Positions 27,776 to 35,140 of a stretch of 41,008 nucleotides of DNA are shown here, one piece after another. The notes under the pieces were generated by a model that saw only the letters and a list, made by a program, of their open reading frames with translations, made no database searches and was not told the origin of the DNA. Each line of letters begins with the position of its first letter. The stretch's first letter is position 1. The stretch spans positions 1 through 41,008 of the forward strand of contig JALHPA010000001.1 in NCBI GenBank assembly GCA_022842745.1. The letters are read 5' to 3'. This stretch comes from Pirellulales bacterium (lineage in GTDB: Bacteria > Planctomycetota > Planctomycetia > Pirellulales > JALHPA01). Both the position numbers and the translations under genes were made by a program.

Positions 27776-28318
27776 TCACTGCACCGTTTCGCGGCGCATG
27801 ACGGACGAAGCGGTCAAAGTCTTACTCCCTAAAAACATTGGCGACGGAAGCCAGCTAACTTGACTAAAAGGAATCGAGACGGCGACAGTTACAGGTTGCC
27901 CATACCCTGCCGTTGACGGAGGATTGGGAGTTACCGTCACAGTCCCACCGGAGACGCTGGCCGAGGTCAGGTAGTTCGTGACCGCGGTCTGCACCGCGGC
28001 GGTCGTGGAACCGTCCAGCACGGCCTGGCGGGCGCCCTCCCGCGAGGCATTCGTAATGACTTGCTGAACCATCACCATCCTGCCGTATTCGATCATCCCG
28101 AATACGAGCAAGAAGAAGATCGGGGCCACGACGGCAAACTCGACCACAGCGGTCCCCCGTCGATTCTTTCGGCACATCCGGCAAGGTTTCTCCAGTTTCG
28201 GCCCGTCGCCGAACGGATTTGCGGTCGACAAAGCAGACTCAGGCCGCACGGCGGCGGCCTGGCTATGGTTCGATGCTTGCAGGAAGGAAGAGGTCGTGGT
28301 CATGGTTTTTTCGCTCAT
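27776..28318 (-). CDS. TadE-like pseudopilin / TadE-TadG family protein
   Basis: RRGTAVVEFAVVAPIFFLLVFGMIEYGR matches the TadE N-terminal motif. The ATG at 28318 overlaps the cpaA stop (ATGA). An alternative start is MCRKNRRG at about 28177. The 451-aa ORF-track entry (to 29131) is an artefactual upstream extension. Confidence 0.75.
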   Translation of the reverse strand: MSEKTMTTTSSFLQASNHSQAAAVRPESALSTANPFGDGPKLEKPCRMCRKNRRGTAVVEFAVVAPIFFLLVFGMIEYGRMVMVQQVITNASREGARQAVLDGSTTAAVQTAVTNYLTSASVSGGTVTVTPNPPSTAGYGQPVTVAVSIPFSQVSWLPSPMFLGSKTLTASSVMRRETVQ

Positions 28319-28881
28319 AGCAGCATTCCCGCCCAGAAGAAGTAAACAATCGTGCCCATGGCAATTGGAATTCCATACGGCAACAGGAGCATCGTGCTTT
28401 TTCGCTCGGCCGCGATCGTAGCTAGCTCGGCCGGATTGCCGATCGTGGCCATTTCGTTGAGGATGTTGAAAAACTGGTTCTTGTGTTTTGACCAGCCCCG
28501 CTGGAACAGGACCATGCAGGCGGCGATCACGCCACCGAAAATCGCCGACACGCAAAAGGCATAGAAAGTGACTCCGCTGCCGACCCACGCGCCAACCCCG
28601 GCCAGCAATTTCACGTCCCCCGCCCCCATGCCGCCAATGGCATAGGCCGGCAGCAACAGCCCCAGGCCGACCAGCGTGCCTACCAGGCTGAATCCCAGTC
28701 CTTCCCACCCGGCGGCATACAAGTTGAAGCCCCAGCCGCTCAAAATCATCGGAAACGTAATCCAATTGGGAACCTTCAGCAGCTTGCCGTCGATTACGGC
28801 GGCTACCACCAAAGTGACGGTTACAAACCAGACGTGCCAGTTGCGCAGCACGGCGTTGGCTAAGGTTTGCAGATCGATCAT
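28315..28881 (-). CDS. cpaA: A24-family prepilin peptidase CpaA/TadV
   Basis: Multi-TM protein carrying both catalytic Asp motifs (AAVIDGKLLKVPNWITFP and GGMGAGDVKLLAGVGAWVG). ATG 28881 (MIDLQ) has AGGAAA upstream. The ORF track begins at GTG 28941. Confidence 0.85.
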   Translation of the reverse strand: MIDLQTLANAVLRNWHVWFVTVTLVVAAVIDGKLLKVPNWITFPMILSGWGFNLYAAGWEGLGFSLVGTLVGLGLLLPAYAIGGMGAGDVKLLAGVGAWVGSGVTFYAFCVSAIFGGVIAACMVLFQRGWSKHKNQFFNILNEMATIGNPAELATIAAERKSTMLLLPYGIPIAMGTIVYFFWAGMLL

Positions 28882-29288
28882 GTGCTCGAATTTCCTGTGT
28901 GCGGTTTCGTTGGGTTTCTGGATGGAGTGCGAGCGCCTCACAACGGCGAACGATCTCGGCCGGCTTTCGCTCGATCGTGCAGCGTTCTAAGGCGATGCCT
29001 GGGGTCGGAGGGACGCGGTTGGGATAACGGGGCGCATGGGCGCTGAGGCGATGTGCTCTCCGCGATATCTCTATTAGCCCCGCGGCGCTACGAGCGCCGA
29101 CCAAAACGTGGCGAGCATGGCTAGAAAGCATAGGCCCATCTGCCAGGCGGCGATCACGGTTTCGGTGGGAATCTGGTACATGATCTCTGGGTTCGCGGAA
29201 CGCGGCGCACCGCCGTCGTTGTCAAAGCTAGCTCAAATTTTCAGCCCAGGAGTCCTCAAAGAGTCGACCGGGCTTTCCTTTGCGGCGC

Positions 29289-29333
29289 AATGGAAAGCGG
29301 GTCGCGCCGGCCCAACGATCCGACGCGACCCGC
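29289..29333 (-). terminator. candidate intrinsic terminator/attenuator just after the flp pilin gene
   Basis: On the minus strand, GCGGGTCGCG-(17 nt)-CGCGACCCGC forms a perfect 10-bp GC-rich stem (29297..29306 / 29324..29333) followed by TTTCCATT. It starts ~20 nt after the flp stop. Confidence 0.55.
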
Positions 29334-29352
29334 CACAGCACACCACCAGGTA

Positions 29353-29532
29353 CTAGCTTCCGCCGATCGAGTTGGCGACGTTCTGGAACGTGGTGTTGGC
29401 GTTGGTGCCGATGGCGTTAATCGCCGTCAAGCACACGATGACAATGAGGGCCAACATGACGGCGTATTCAACTGCCGTTGGGCCATCTTCGGACGCCAAG
29501 AAACGACGCACTTGCAGAGCAAAATTCTTCAT
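29353..29532 (-). CDS. flp: Flp/Fap family pilin
   Basis: MKNFALQVRRFLASEDG/PTAVEYAVMLALIVIVCLTAINAIG carries the Flp prepilin processing motif (G/xxAVEY) plus a hydrophobic stretch. It is 59 aa, with GGAGGGAG 8 nt upstream of ATG 29532. The ORF-track start 29601 adds a non-pilin leader. Confidence 0.9.
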   Translation of the reverse strand: MKNFALQVRRFLASEDGPTAVEYAVMLALIVIVCLTAINAIGTNANTTFQNVANSIGGS

Positions 29533-30825
29533 AGGAAATCTCCCTCCACGGCACATTCCCCGCGGCCCACGCGGCTCGCGACAAAAGCGCCGATGTAACA
29601 AGACCAGTTAGAGCGTGGCACGGCACAACGACAACCCATGGGGGTCGCCGGCGGCCTGCATGGCGCCGTGCGTAGCTCAGGTTCGGTAATGACGTGGAGC
29701 ACTTCCCTCGTGCCGCCTGGAAAGCCTAGGGCGCTCTCCAGTGCGGATCGCTGACCAACCCCAAGGAAATGCGGTTGAAAACGATCCACGGCGAATTGTT
29801 TGCCGCCACCGCCGGTAAGCGGGGAACGGCTCACCATCCTTTCGGCAACCCGGCTGCCGGCGAATCGCCCTTGAAGGCAAGACGACGGTCCTAGGCTTTG
29901 CGCCCCGGCCGAAATCGGCCGGTTAGCCCTTTCGAGGATGAAGCGGCCCAACAGGCCCTTCTTGCGACCGTTCGCACCACTGGCAAAAAGGAAAAGGCGC
30001 CAGCCGGCTCGCGATCGCTTTACCACGGCCCGAAAGCCGTGTTCGCAACCAGCGTCGTGTAACCGATGCCGCTTGCGTACTGAAAACCTAGGTCGATTCC
30101 GGGACGTGTCAAACGGGGAGGCGAGAAATTTTCGGAAACGCGGACGAATTTGCTCAAGAACGGCTCAAGTTGATAAGCAGACGGCACTTAAGAAAGTGGC
30201 GGATTTAGCAGGGTTTGTCGGTGTGACCTAAAACCACGCGTCCTGTGAAACGTCGCCTCTTCTAAAACCCGCGAGATCCGCCAAACTTGTCCCGCAGTTC
30301 GTCGGCAACTACAGTGGCCTTCGACCCCCGTCTTGATCTGCCAACAGGTTTTGAACTCCATGCTTCGAATCGAGAGATTTTGGCCGCGGTGATCTGCCTG
30401 GCAACCGTCACCACCCAAACCCAAGACATTGAGCAGGCGATCGAACCGGACGAATTGGACGAAAGGGGGTGCTCAACGACGACGATCCGCGGGTCCAGCT
30501 CCAAATCGTGCGGGTGACTCCTTTGGCGCGATTGACAACCTGCGATTCGTGCCCATACCGGAGCCAGGCGGTTTGCAACGGATCGCCGCCGAGGCAGTGC
30601 TTCTGGGCGCCGCGTTTCGACCGGGAAATCGAGCCGGAATTGGAAACGGACAGGAAGCCGCGCCAACCGCGCGGCCATAGCGGCGGTCGTGGTTTTGGGC
30701 TAAATTCGGGCAGTCGCGGTTGCTAGAACAGGTCGGATGCCGCGATGCGTGATCGGATTCCGCGTCGTCGAATTTGACGCCCCGCATCGCACTAATATCT
30801 CGCTGCCATCGATCGGAACCCGCAC

Positions 30826-31980
30826 ATGTTGATTTCGGTATTGAAGGAGACCTTCCCCGGCGAGCGGCGAGTGGCCACTGTTCCGTCGGTCGTTCCCGCG
30901 CTCGCCAAAGGTGGGAACGAAATCTGGGTCGAGAGCGGCGCCGGCGCCGACGCCGGATTCGTCGATGCCCAATACGTCGAGAAAGGGGCGAAAATCGTCG
31001 CTGACCGCCGGGACCTGTTCGGCGCGGATTGCTTGCTCCAGGTACGCACGCTGGGGACCAATCTCGAAGCCGGCCAGGCCGATCTACCGCTGCTACGCCC
31101 GGGGCAAATCGTCATCGGTCTGGCCGATCCGTTGTCGCAACCGCAGGCGGCGCAACAAATCGCGGGCCGCAGTGCCACGTTGTTCGCATTAGAGCTTATG
31201 CCGCGAATCACCCGCGCCCAAAGCATGGACGTGTTGTCCAGTATGGCCACGATTGCCGGTTACCGAGCCGTATTGCTGGCGGCCACAACGCTTCCCAAAA
31301 TGTTTCCGCTGTTGACGACCGCGGCCGGCACGCTGTCGCCGGCCAAGGTGTTTGTTGTCGGCGTTGGCGTCGCCGGGTTGCAGGCGATCGCAACGGCGCG
31401 GCGGCTGGGAGCGGTCGTTTCCGCCTACGACGTCCGTGCGGCAGTCAAGGAACAGGTGCAAAGCGTCGGCGGAAAGTTCATCGAAATGCCCCTCGAGGCC
31501 AACGCGGAAGGGCAAGGGGGTTATGCTCGCGCGATGGATGAAGAGTTTTACCGCAAGCAGAGGGAGTTGATGACGCGGGTGGTGGCTGAGCACGACGTGG
31601 TGATTACCACCGCAGCGGTCCCGGGCAAAAAGGCGCCGATCCTGGTCACCTCCGAGATGGTGCGCGGAATGCAACCCGGGTCGGTGGTGGTCGATTTAGC
31701 GGCGGAGCGGGGAGGCAACTGCGAGTTAACCCAGCCGGGAAAAACCGTCGTGGAAAACGGTGTGTCGATCTTGGGGCCCACCAATATGCCCTCCGATGTG
31801 CCGAATCATGCCAGTCAGATGTATGCCAAGAACGTGGCCACGTTCCTGAGTCACCTGGTCAAGGAGGGTAAGCTGCAATTGGACGTCGCCGACGAGATCA
31901 CGCGAGAGACTTTGATCACACGGGACGGCAAGGTGGTTCATCCGAAGGTAGCCGAGCTTTTGGCGGGGGGACGGGCCTAG
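30826..31980 (+). CDS. pntAA: NAD(P) transhydrogenase alpha subunit part 1 (dI domain, PntAA)
   Basis: MLISVLKETFPGERRVATVP..., MPRITRAQSMDVLSSMATIAGYRAVL, Rossmann VFVVGVGVAGLQAIATARRLGA, ITTAAVPGKKAPILV, VVDLAAERGGNCE. Confidence 0.85.
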   Translation: MLISVLKETFPGERRVATVPSVVPALAKGGNEIWVESGAGADAGFVDAQYVEKGAKIVADRRDLFGADCLLQVRTLGTNLEAGQADLPLLRPGQIVIGLADPLSQPQAAQQIAGRSATLFALELMPRITRAQSMDVLSSMATIAGYRAVLLAATTLPKMFPLLTTAAGTLSPAKVFVVGVGVAGLQAIATARRLGAVVSAYDVRAAVKEQVQSVGGKFIEMPLEANAEGQGGYARAMDEEFYRKQRELMTRVVAEHDVVITTAAVPGKKAPILVTSEMVRGMQPGSVVVDLAAERGGNCELTQPGKTVVENGVSILGPTNMPSDVPNHASQMYAKNVATFLSHLVKEGKLQLDVADEITRETLITRDGKVVHPKVAELLAGGRA

Positions 31981-32063
31981 AAAAGCCCTTCGCGCGTTGG
32001 CGTGGTTCGCTGCGCTGCCGATCGTCGCGGGCCCAAGTAGAAACTGGCATAAGGGGCGCCGCG

Positions 32064-32348
32064 ATGCGGTTCAGCCTGAAAGCGATGTTTGTCGCGGTCG
32101 CCGCAATTGCGGTCGTGTGCGGCGTCTGCCGACGGGAACCCTTGGTCGTCGAGCTGGCCCTCATCGGGACGCTTTTGTGGGCCACCTGCGCCTTACTGGT
32201 CGCGGCCGCCCAGCGCCTGGACGAGCGCGGGCATCTTCTTTTGCGAATACTGTCGCTGATTGTGGCGAACGGACTGTTCTTGATCGGGGTGGGATTCTGG
32301 ACGCTGGTGACGTTCGGGGCGGTGAACCTGCTGGTCTCCAGTTTCTAG
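32064..32348 (+). CDS. small hydrophobic membrane protein (94 aa), unknown function
   Basis: MRFSLKAMFVAVAAIAVVCGV... with three hydrophobic stretches. It fills the otherwise empty pntAA-to-ATP-grasp gap. It has no PntAB motifs (no PLMSG-type block). Confidence 0.45.
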   Translation: MRFSLKAMFVAVAAIAVVCGVCRREPLVVELALIGTLLWATCALLVAAAQRLDERGHLLLRILSLIVANGLFLIGVGFWTLVTFGAVNLLVSSF

Positions 32349-32371
32349 CTCAAGTTTTCCCGCAGCCAGCC

Positions 32372-33412
32372 ATGAAGCGAATTCTGGTGTACGAATTCAC
32401 GCTGGCCGGTTTGCCCTGGAACCAGGAAAACCCGTATGACGATCTGCGGGCTGAGGGCAATGCGATGGTGCGAGCCCTTGCCGAGGACATTGGTCGGATC
32501 CACGGGCATACGACTCTGGTCCTTGCCGCCGCGACCGGTGGGGTCGACGGAATTCCTCGTTGCGAAGTCCGCCAGGTCCGATCGCCGCGCAACGAGCGGG
32601 AGATGCTCTGTGAAGCTGCCGCAGCGGCCGACGGGACGGTCCTGATCGCTCCTGAGACTGACGGTATTCTCGCCGAGCGTGCCCGCTGGGTCGAATCGGC
32701 GGGGGGGCGACTGTTGTCTCCGTCGTCGATTTTTATTGAGGCAGCGGCCAACAAGCAACGGCTCGCGCAACGGCTTCGAGAGTCCGGAATTCCGACAACG
32801 CGAGGATTGGCATGGACTCAAGGTCAGCCGTTCCCTCAAGAGCTGCCGTATCCCTGGGTCGTCAAGCCGATCCAAGGAGCAGGCGCCATGGATAGCTGGC
32901 GCTGCGACGATTGGAGGCAAGCCGAGCGAATGCAATCCCGCTGGCCGTCGCCCGCTAGAATTGAAACGGTCGTGCCGGGGACGGCGGTGAGCGTGGCGTT
33001 CCTCTGTGGTCCCTCTGGATGCCAGCCGCTTCGTCCATGCGGCCAGCGGATCGAGATGGGGTCGCAGGTGCGCTACCTAGGGGGGTGGACGCCATTGCAG
33101 AACAATCTATGTGAGAGAGCGGTTTTCTGGGGAGCGCAAGCCATTGCCCAGTTGCCCGCGCCGAGGGGTTATTTGGGAGTCGATTTGGTCTTGGGAGAAG
33201 AAGCCGACGGCGGCCGGGACGCGGTGATTGAGATCAATTCCAGGTTGACGACCTCGTATATCGGCTTGCGACAACGAGCCCGCGGCAACATCGCGGAGTG
33301 GATGTTGAGAGTTCTGGAGGGGGAGCGATGCGATATCGACTTTGAGCCGGAACCGATAGAATTCTTTCCGGACGGAACGGTAAACCAAAATTTGAACCGA
33401 TCAACTCCATGA
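32372..33412 (+). CDS. ATP-grasp enzyme, COG1821/MfnD-like (tyramine-glutamate-ligase-type family; methanofuran/H4MPT-associated)
   Basis: N-terminus MKRILVYEFTLAGL......LRAEGNAMVRALAEDI resembles the COG1821 ATP-grasp start. Later blocks are PWVVKPIQGAGAMD, GYLGVDLVL and VIEINSRLTTSY. I use ATG 32372. The ORF track's 125-aa Arg/Gly-rich upstream extension overlaps the 94-aa gene. Confidence 0.6.
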   Translation: MKRILVYEFTLAGLPWNQENPYDDLRAEGNAMVRALAEDIGRIHGHTTLVLAAATGGVDGIPRCEVRQVRSPRNEREMLCEAAAAADGTVLIAPETDGILAERARWVESAGGRLLSPSSIFIEAAANKQRLAQRLRESGIPTTRGLAWTQGQPFPQELPYPWVVKPIQGAGAMDSWRCDDWRQAERMQSRWPSPARIETVVPGTAVSVAFLCGPSGCQPLRPCGQRIEMGSQVRYLGGWTPLQNNLCERAVFWGAQAIAQLPAPRGYLGVDLVLGEEADGGRDAVIEINSRLTTSYIGLRQRARGNIAEWMLRVLEGERCDIDFEPEPIEFFPDGTVNQNLNRSTP

Positions 33413-34416
33413 AGTGGCTGGCGCTGGATATCGGCGGTGCGAATATCAAGGCGGCCGACGGGAATGGGTACGCAGTGAGCGAGCCCTTTCCGTTGTGGCA
33501 GAAACCCCGGCTGTTGCCCGAAATCCTGAGAACGGTGATCGCCGGAGCGCCACCCTGCGACCATCTCGCGGCCACTATGACCGGCGAGTTGGCCGACTGC
33601 TTCGCGAACAAAGCGGAAGGGGTGCAGTTGATTCTTCAAGCCTTGTCGAACGCCGCGGACGGCCGGCACACGCGGGTCTATCTGACCAACGGCATGCTTG
33701 TGTCGCCGCAAGTCGCTCTGCGGCAGCCCCTGTTGGCAGCCGCGTCGAACTGGCACGCGCTGGCTCGATTTTCCCAGCGGTTTGCACCCACGGGAAACGC
33801 GCTATTGATGGATATTGGCTCCACGACGACCGATCTGGTCCCATTGGCAAATGGCCAGCCATTGCCCAGCGGCGACACGGATACCGAACGGCTGCTATCA
33901 GGAGAGCTCGTTTATACGGGCGTCGAACGGAGTCCGGTCTGCGCCTTGGTGCAGTCGATTCCGTATCGCGAGCGTATGTGCCCAATTGCCCAGGAGGTGT
34001 TCGCGACGGCCGCCGATGCCTACCTGACATTGGAGGACTTGCTGGAAGAGCCAGAAAACACCAATACCGCGGACGGCCGTCCAGCAACGCGCGAATTTGC
34101 ACGGCGACGCCTGGCGCGGATGATTTGCGCCGACCTGGGGGAATTTACCGATTCTGACGCCGTGGCTGCCGCCGAAGCCATCGCGGCCAGTCAGTTGTCG
34201 CGAATCACGGTCGCACTAAGCCAGGTGGTCGGTCGGATGGAGGGACCGTTGGAAACGGTTATTTTCTCCGGCCGGGGAGAATTCCTCGCCCGCCGCGCGA
34301 TCGACCGCATGCGGTTGCAACCGAAGGCAATTTCCCTGTCCAAGGAACTAGGGCCGACGGTTTCGCGTTGCGCTCCGGCCCACGCCCTAGCGGTATTGGC
34401 CCGGGAAGGAGGATGA
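33409..34416 (+). CDS. hydantoinase/oxoprolinase-family protein of the H4MPT-linked C1-transfer type (TIGR03123-like)
   Basis: WLALDIGGANIKAA...PLWQ...HLAATMTGELADCF..K.EGV...MDIGSTTTDLVP...ELVYTGVERSPV follows the ASKHA/hydantoinase-like pattern I associate with that family. Its ATG overlaps the ATP-grasp stop (ATGA). Confidence 0.6.
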   Translation: MKWLALDIGGANIKAADGNGYAVSEPFPLWQKPRLLPEILRTVIAGAPPCDHLAATMTGELADCFANKAEGVQLILQALSNAADGRHTRVYLTNGMLVSPQVALRQPLLAAASNWHALARFSQRFAPTGNALLMDIGSTTTDLVPLANGQPLPSGDTDTERLLSGELVYTGVERSPVCALVQSIPYRERMCPIAQEVFATAADAYLTLEDLLEEPENTNTADGRPATREFARRRLARMICADLGEFTDSDAVAAAEAIAASQLSRITVALSQVVGRMEGPLETVIFSGRGEFLARRAIDRMRLQPKAISLSKELGPTVSRCAPAHALAVLAREGG

Positions 34417-34509
34417 GTAACCGACGGCTGCAACGGCTGTTTGTGGCAGGGCACTTCCGCGCCGGCACAAGAACCTTGGTTGCGCTTAGGAGCCGTATTC
34501 GGCTGGAAA

Positions 34510-34594
34510 TGCGGATGAGAGGAGTTGAACCTCCACGTCCTTAACGGACACAAGAGCCTGAATCTTGCGCGTCTGCCAATTCCGCCACATCCGC
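34510..34594 (-). tRNA. tRNA-Leu (anticodon CAG), no encoded CCA
   Basis: Minus strand reads GCGGATG TG GCGGAATTGGCAGACGC G CAAGA TTCAGGC TCTTG TGTCCGTTAAGGACGT GGAGG TTCAACT CCTCT CATCCGC A. This gives a 7-bp acceptor stem, anticodon loop TTCAGGC, a long variable arm and a T-loop TTCAACT. It is close to E. coli tRNA-Leu(CAG). Confidence 0.95.
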
Positions 34595-34608
34595 ATGGGC
34601 AGCAACAA

Positions 34609-34637
34609 GTTATAAAGAAGCCGGAAACAACATTCAA
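34609..34637 (-). promoter_or_regulatory. sigma70-type promoter for tRNA-Leu
   Basis: Minus strand reads TTGAAT (34637..34632) - 17 bp - TATAAC (34614..34609). The -10 ends 14 nt before the mature tRNA 5' end. Confidence 0.6.
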
Positions 34638-34888
34638 GCCGTCGGACGCCTCGCCGACGGAGCGCGGACAGGAATGTTCCACAGGAATCCCCCTGCATCG
34701 CAATGCTCGCCAATTAAGTCCGTTACGACCGCTTTGCCCCCTGCATTCGCTGCGGCCGCAGACCCATTGCAGCCTGCCAGATGCCGCCGACGATATTGCA
34801 GGGGAAGACTGGAGGGCGGTTGGTTATCTACCACGCCGGTCGGCGCCGCACCGTTGCGGTCCGACATGGAGTGTCGCCCATTTCCGGC

Positions 34889-35116
34889 ATGACGAATTTA
34901 TCGAGGGCTTGGGCCATGTGGCGGGCATTGTTCTTGGCGATTGGCATCTTCTCCTTCATCCTGGGCGTGGAGTGCATGCTAATCGACAGGGCGGCGTGGG
35001 CCGGTGAAAAAGGGGGGGAGTTCGTACCGGCGGATTGGGCGCCGTGGAGTTTGAAATCAGCGGGTGCGGTCGTGATCCTCTACTCGTTCACGATTCCCAA
35101 GAAGCTCAAAACCTGA
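34889..35116 (+). CDS. small two-TM membrane protein (75 aa), unknown function
   Basis: MTNLSRAWAMWRALFLAIGIFSFILGVECML...WSLKSAGAVVILYSFTIPKKLKT. The upstream part of ORF 34781..35116 is Arg-rich and probably non-coding. Confidence 0.35.
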   Translation: MTNLSRAWAMWRALFLAIGIFSFILGVECMLIDRAAWAGEKGGEFVPADWAPWSLKSAGAVVILYSFTIPKKLKT

Positions 35117-35140
35117 GCGTTCGCGGAATCGACCCGGCGC

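Noticed and set aside
28319-29131. Upstream 271 codons of the 451-aa ORF 27776..29131
   Set aside because: This read-through overlaps the cpaA gene in another frame and is Arg/Gly-rich. Only the C-terminal 180 aa (TadE motif) look real.
29670-29700. tRNA-like D-arm string GCGTAGCTCAGGTTCGGTA
   Set aside because: No anticodon stem, T-arm (GTTCRANYC) or acceptor pairing follows, so it is not a tRNA.
29602-30260. Tested the non-coding region for RNase P RNA, tmRNA and SRP RNA
   Set aside because: GGAAAGCCTAGGGC only loosely resembles the P4 GGAAAGUCCGGGC motif. No ACAGAAxCCGGCUUA, no tmRNA 5'/3' tRNA-like ends and no SRP GGAAGCAGCC-type motif was found on either strand.
30540-30640. PEP-CTERM-like string (FVPIPEPGGLQRIAAEAVLLGAAFRPGNR) in + ORF 30429..30680
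   Set aside because: The would-be TM segment contains charged residues (Q, R, E), and the upstream part of the ORF is not protein-like. Probably chance.
30262-30678. 138-aa minus-strand ORF in the large intergenic region
   Set aside because: There is no recognisable motif, it is Arg/Ser-rich, and its third-position GC content is no better than in other frames. It is kept as a possibility under the 29602..30825 finding rather than called.
31997-32371. 125-aa N-terminal extension of the ATP-grasp ORF
   Set aside because: It is Arg/Gly-rich and overlaps the better-looking 94-aa membrane ORF. Homologous ATP-grasp proteins start at the MKRILVYEF-type strand.
34191-34713. 170-aa and 75-aa minus-strand ORFs (34191..34703, 34486..34713), and + ORF 34525..35007
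   Set aside because: They run straight through the tRNA-Leu gene and its promoter.
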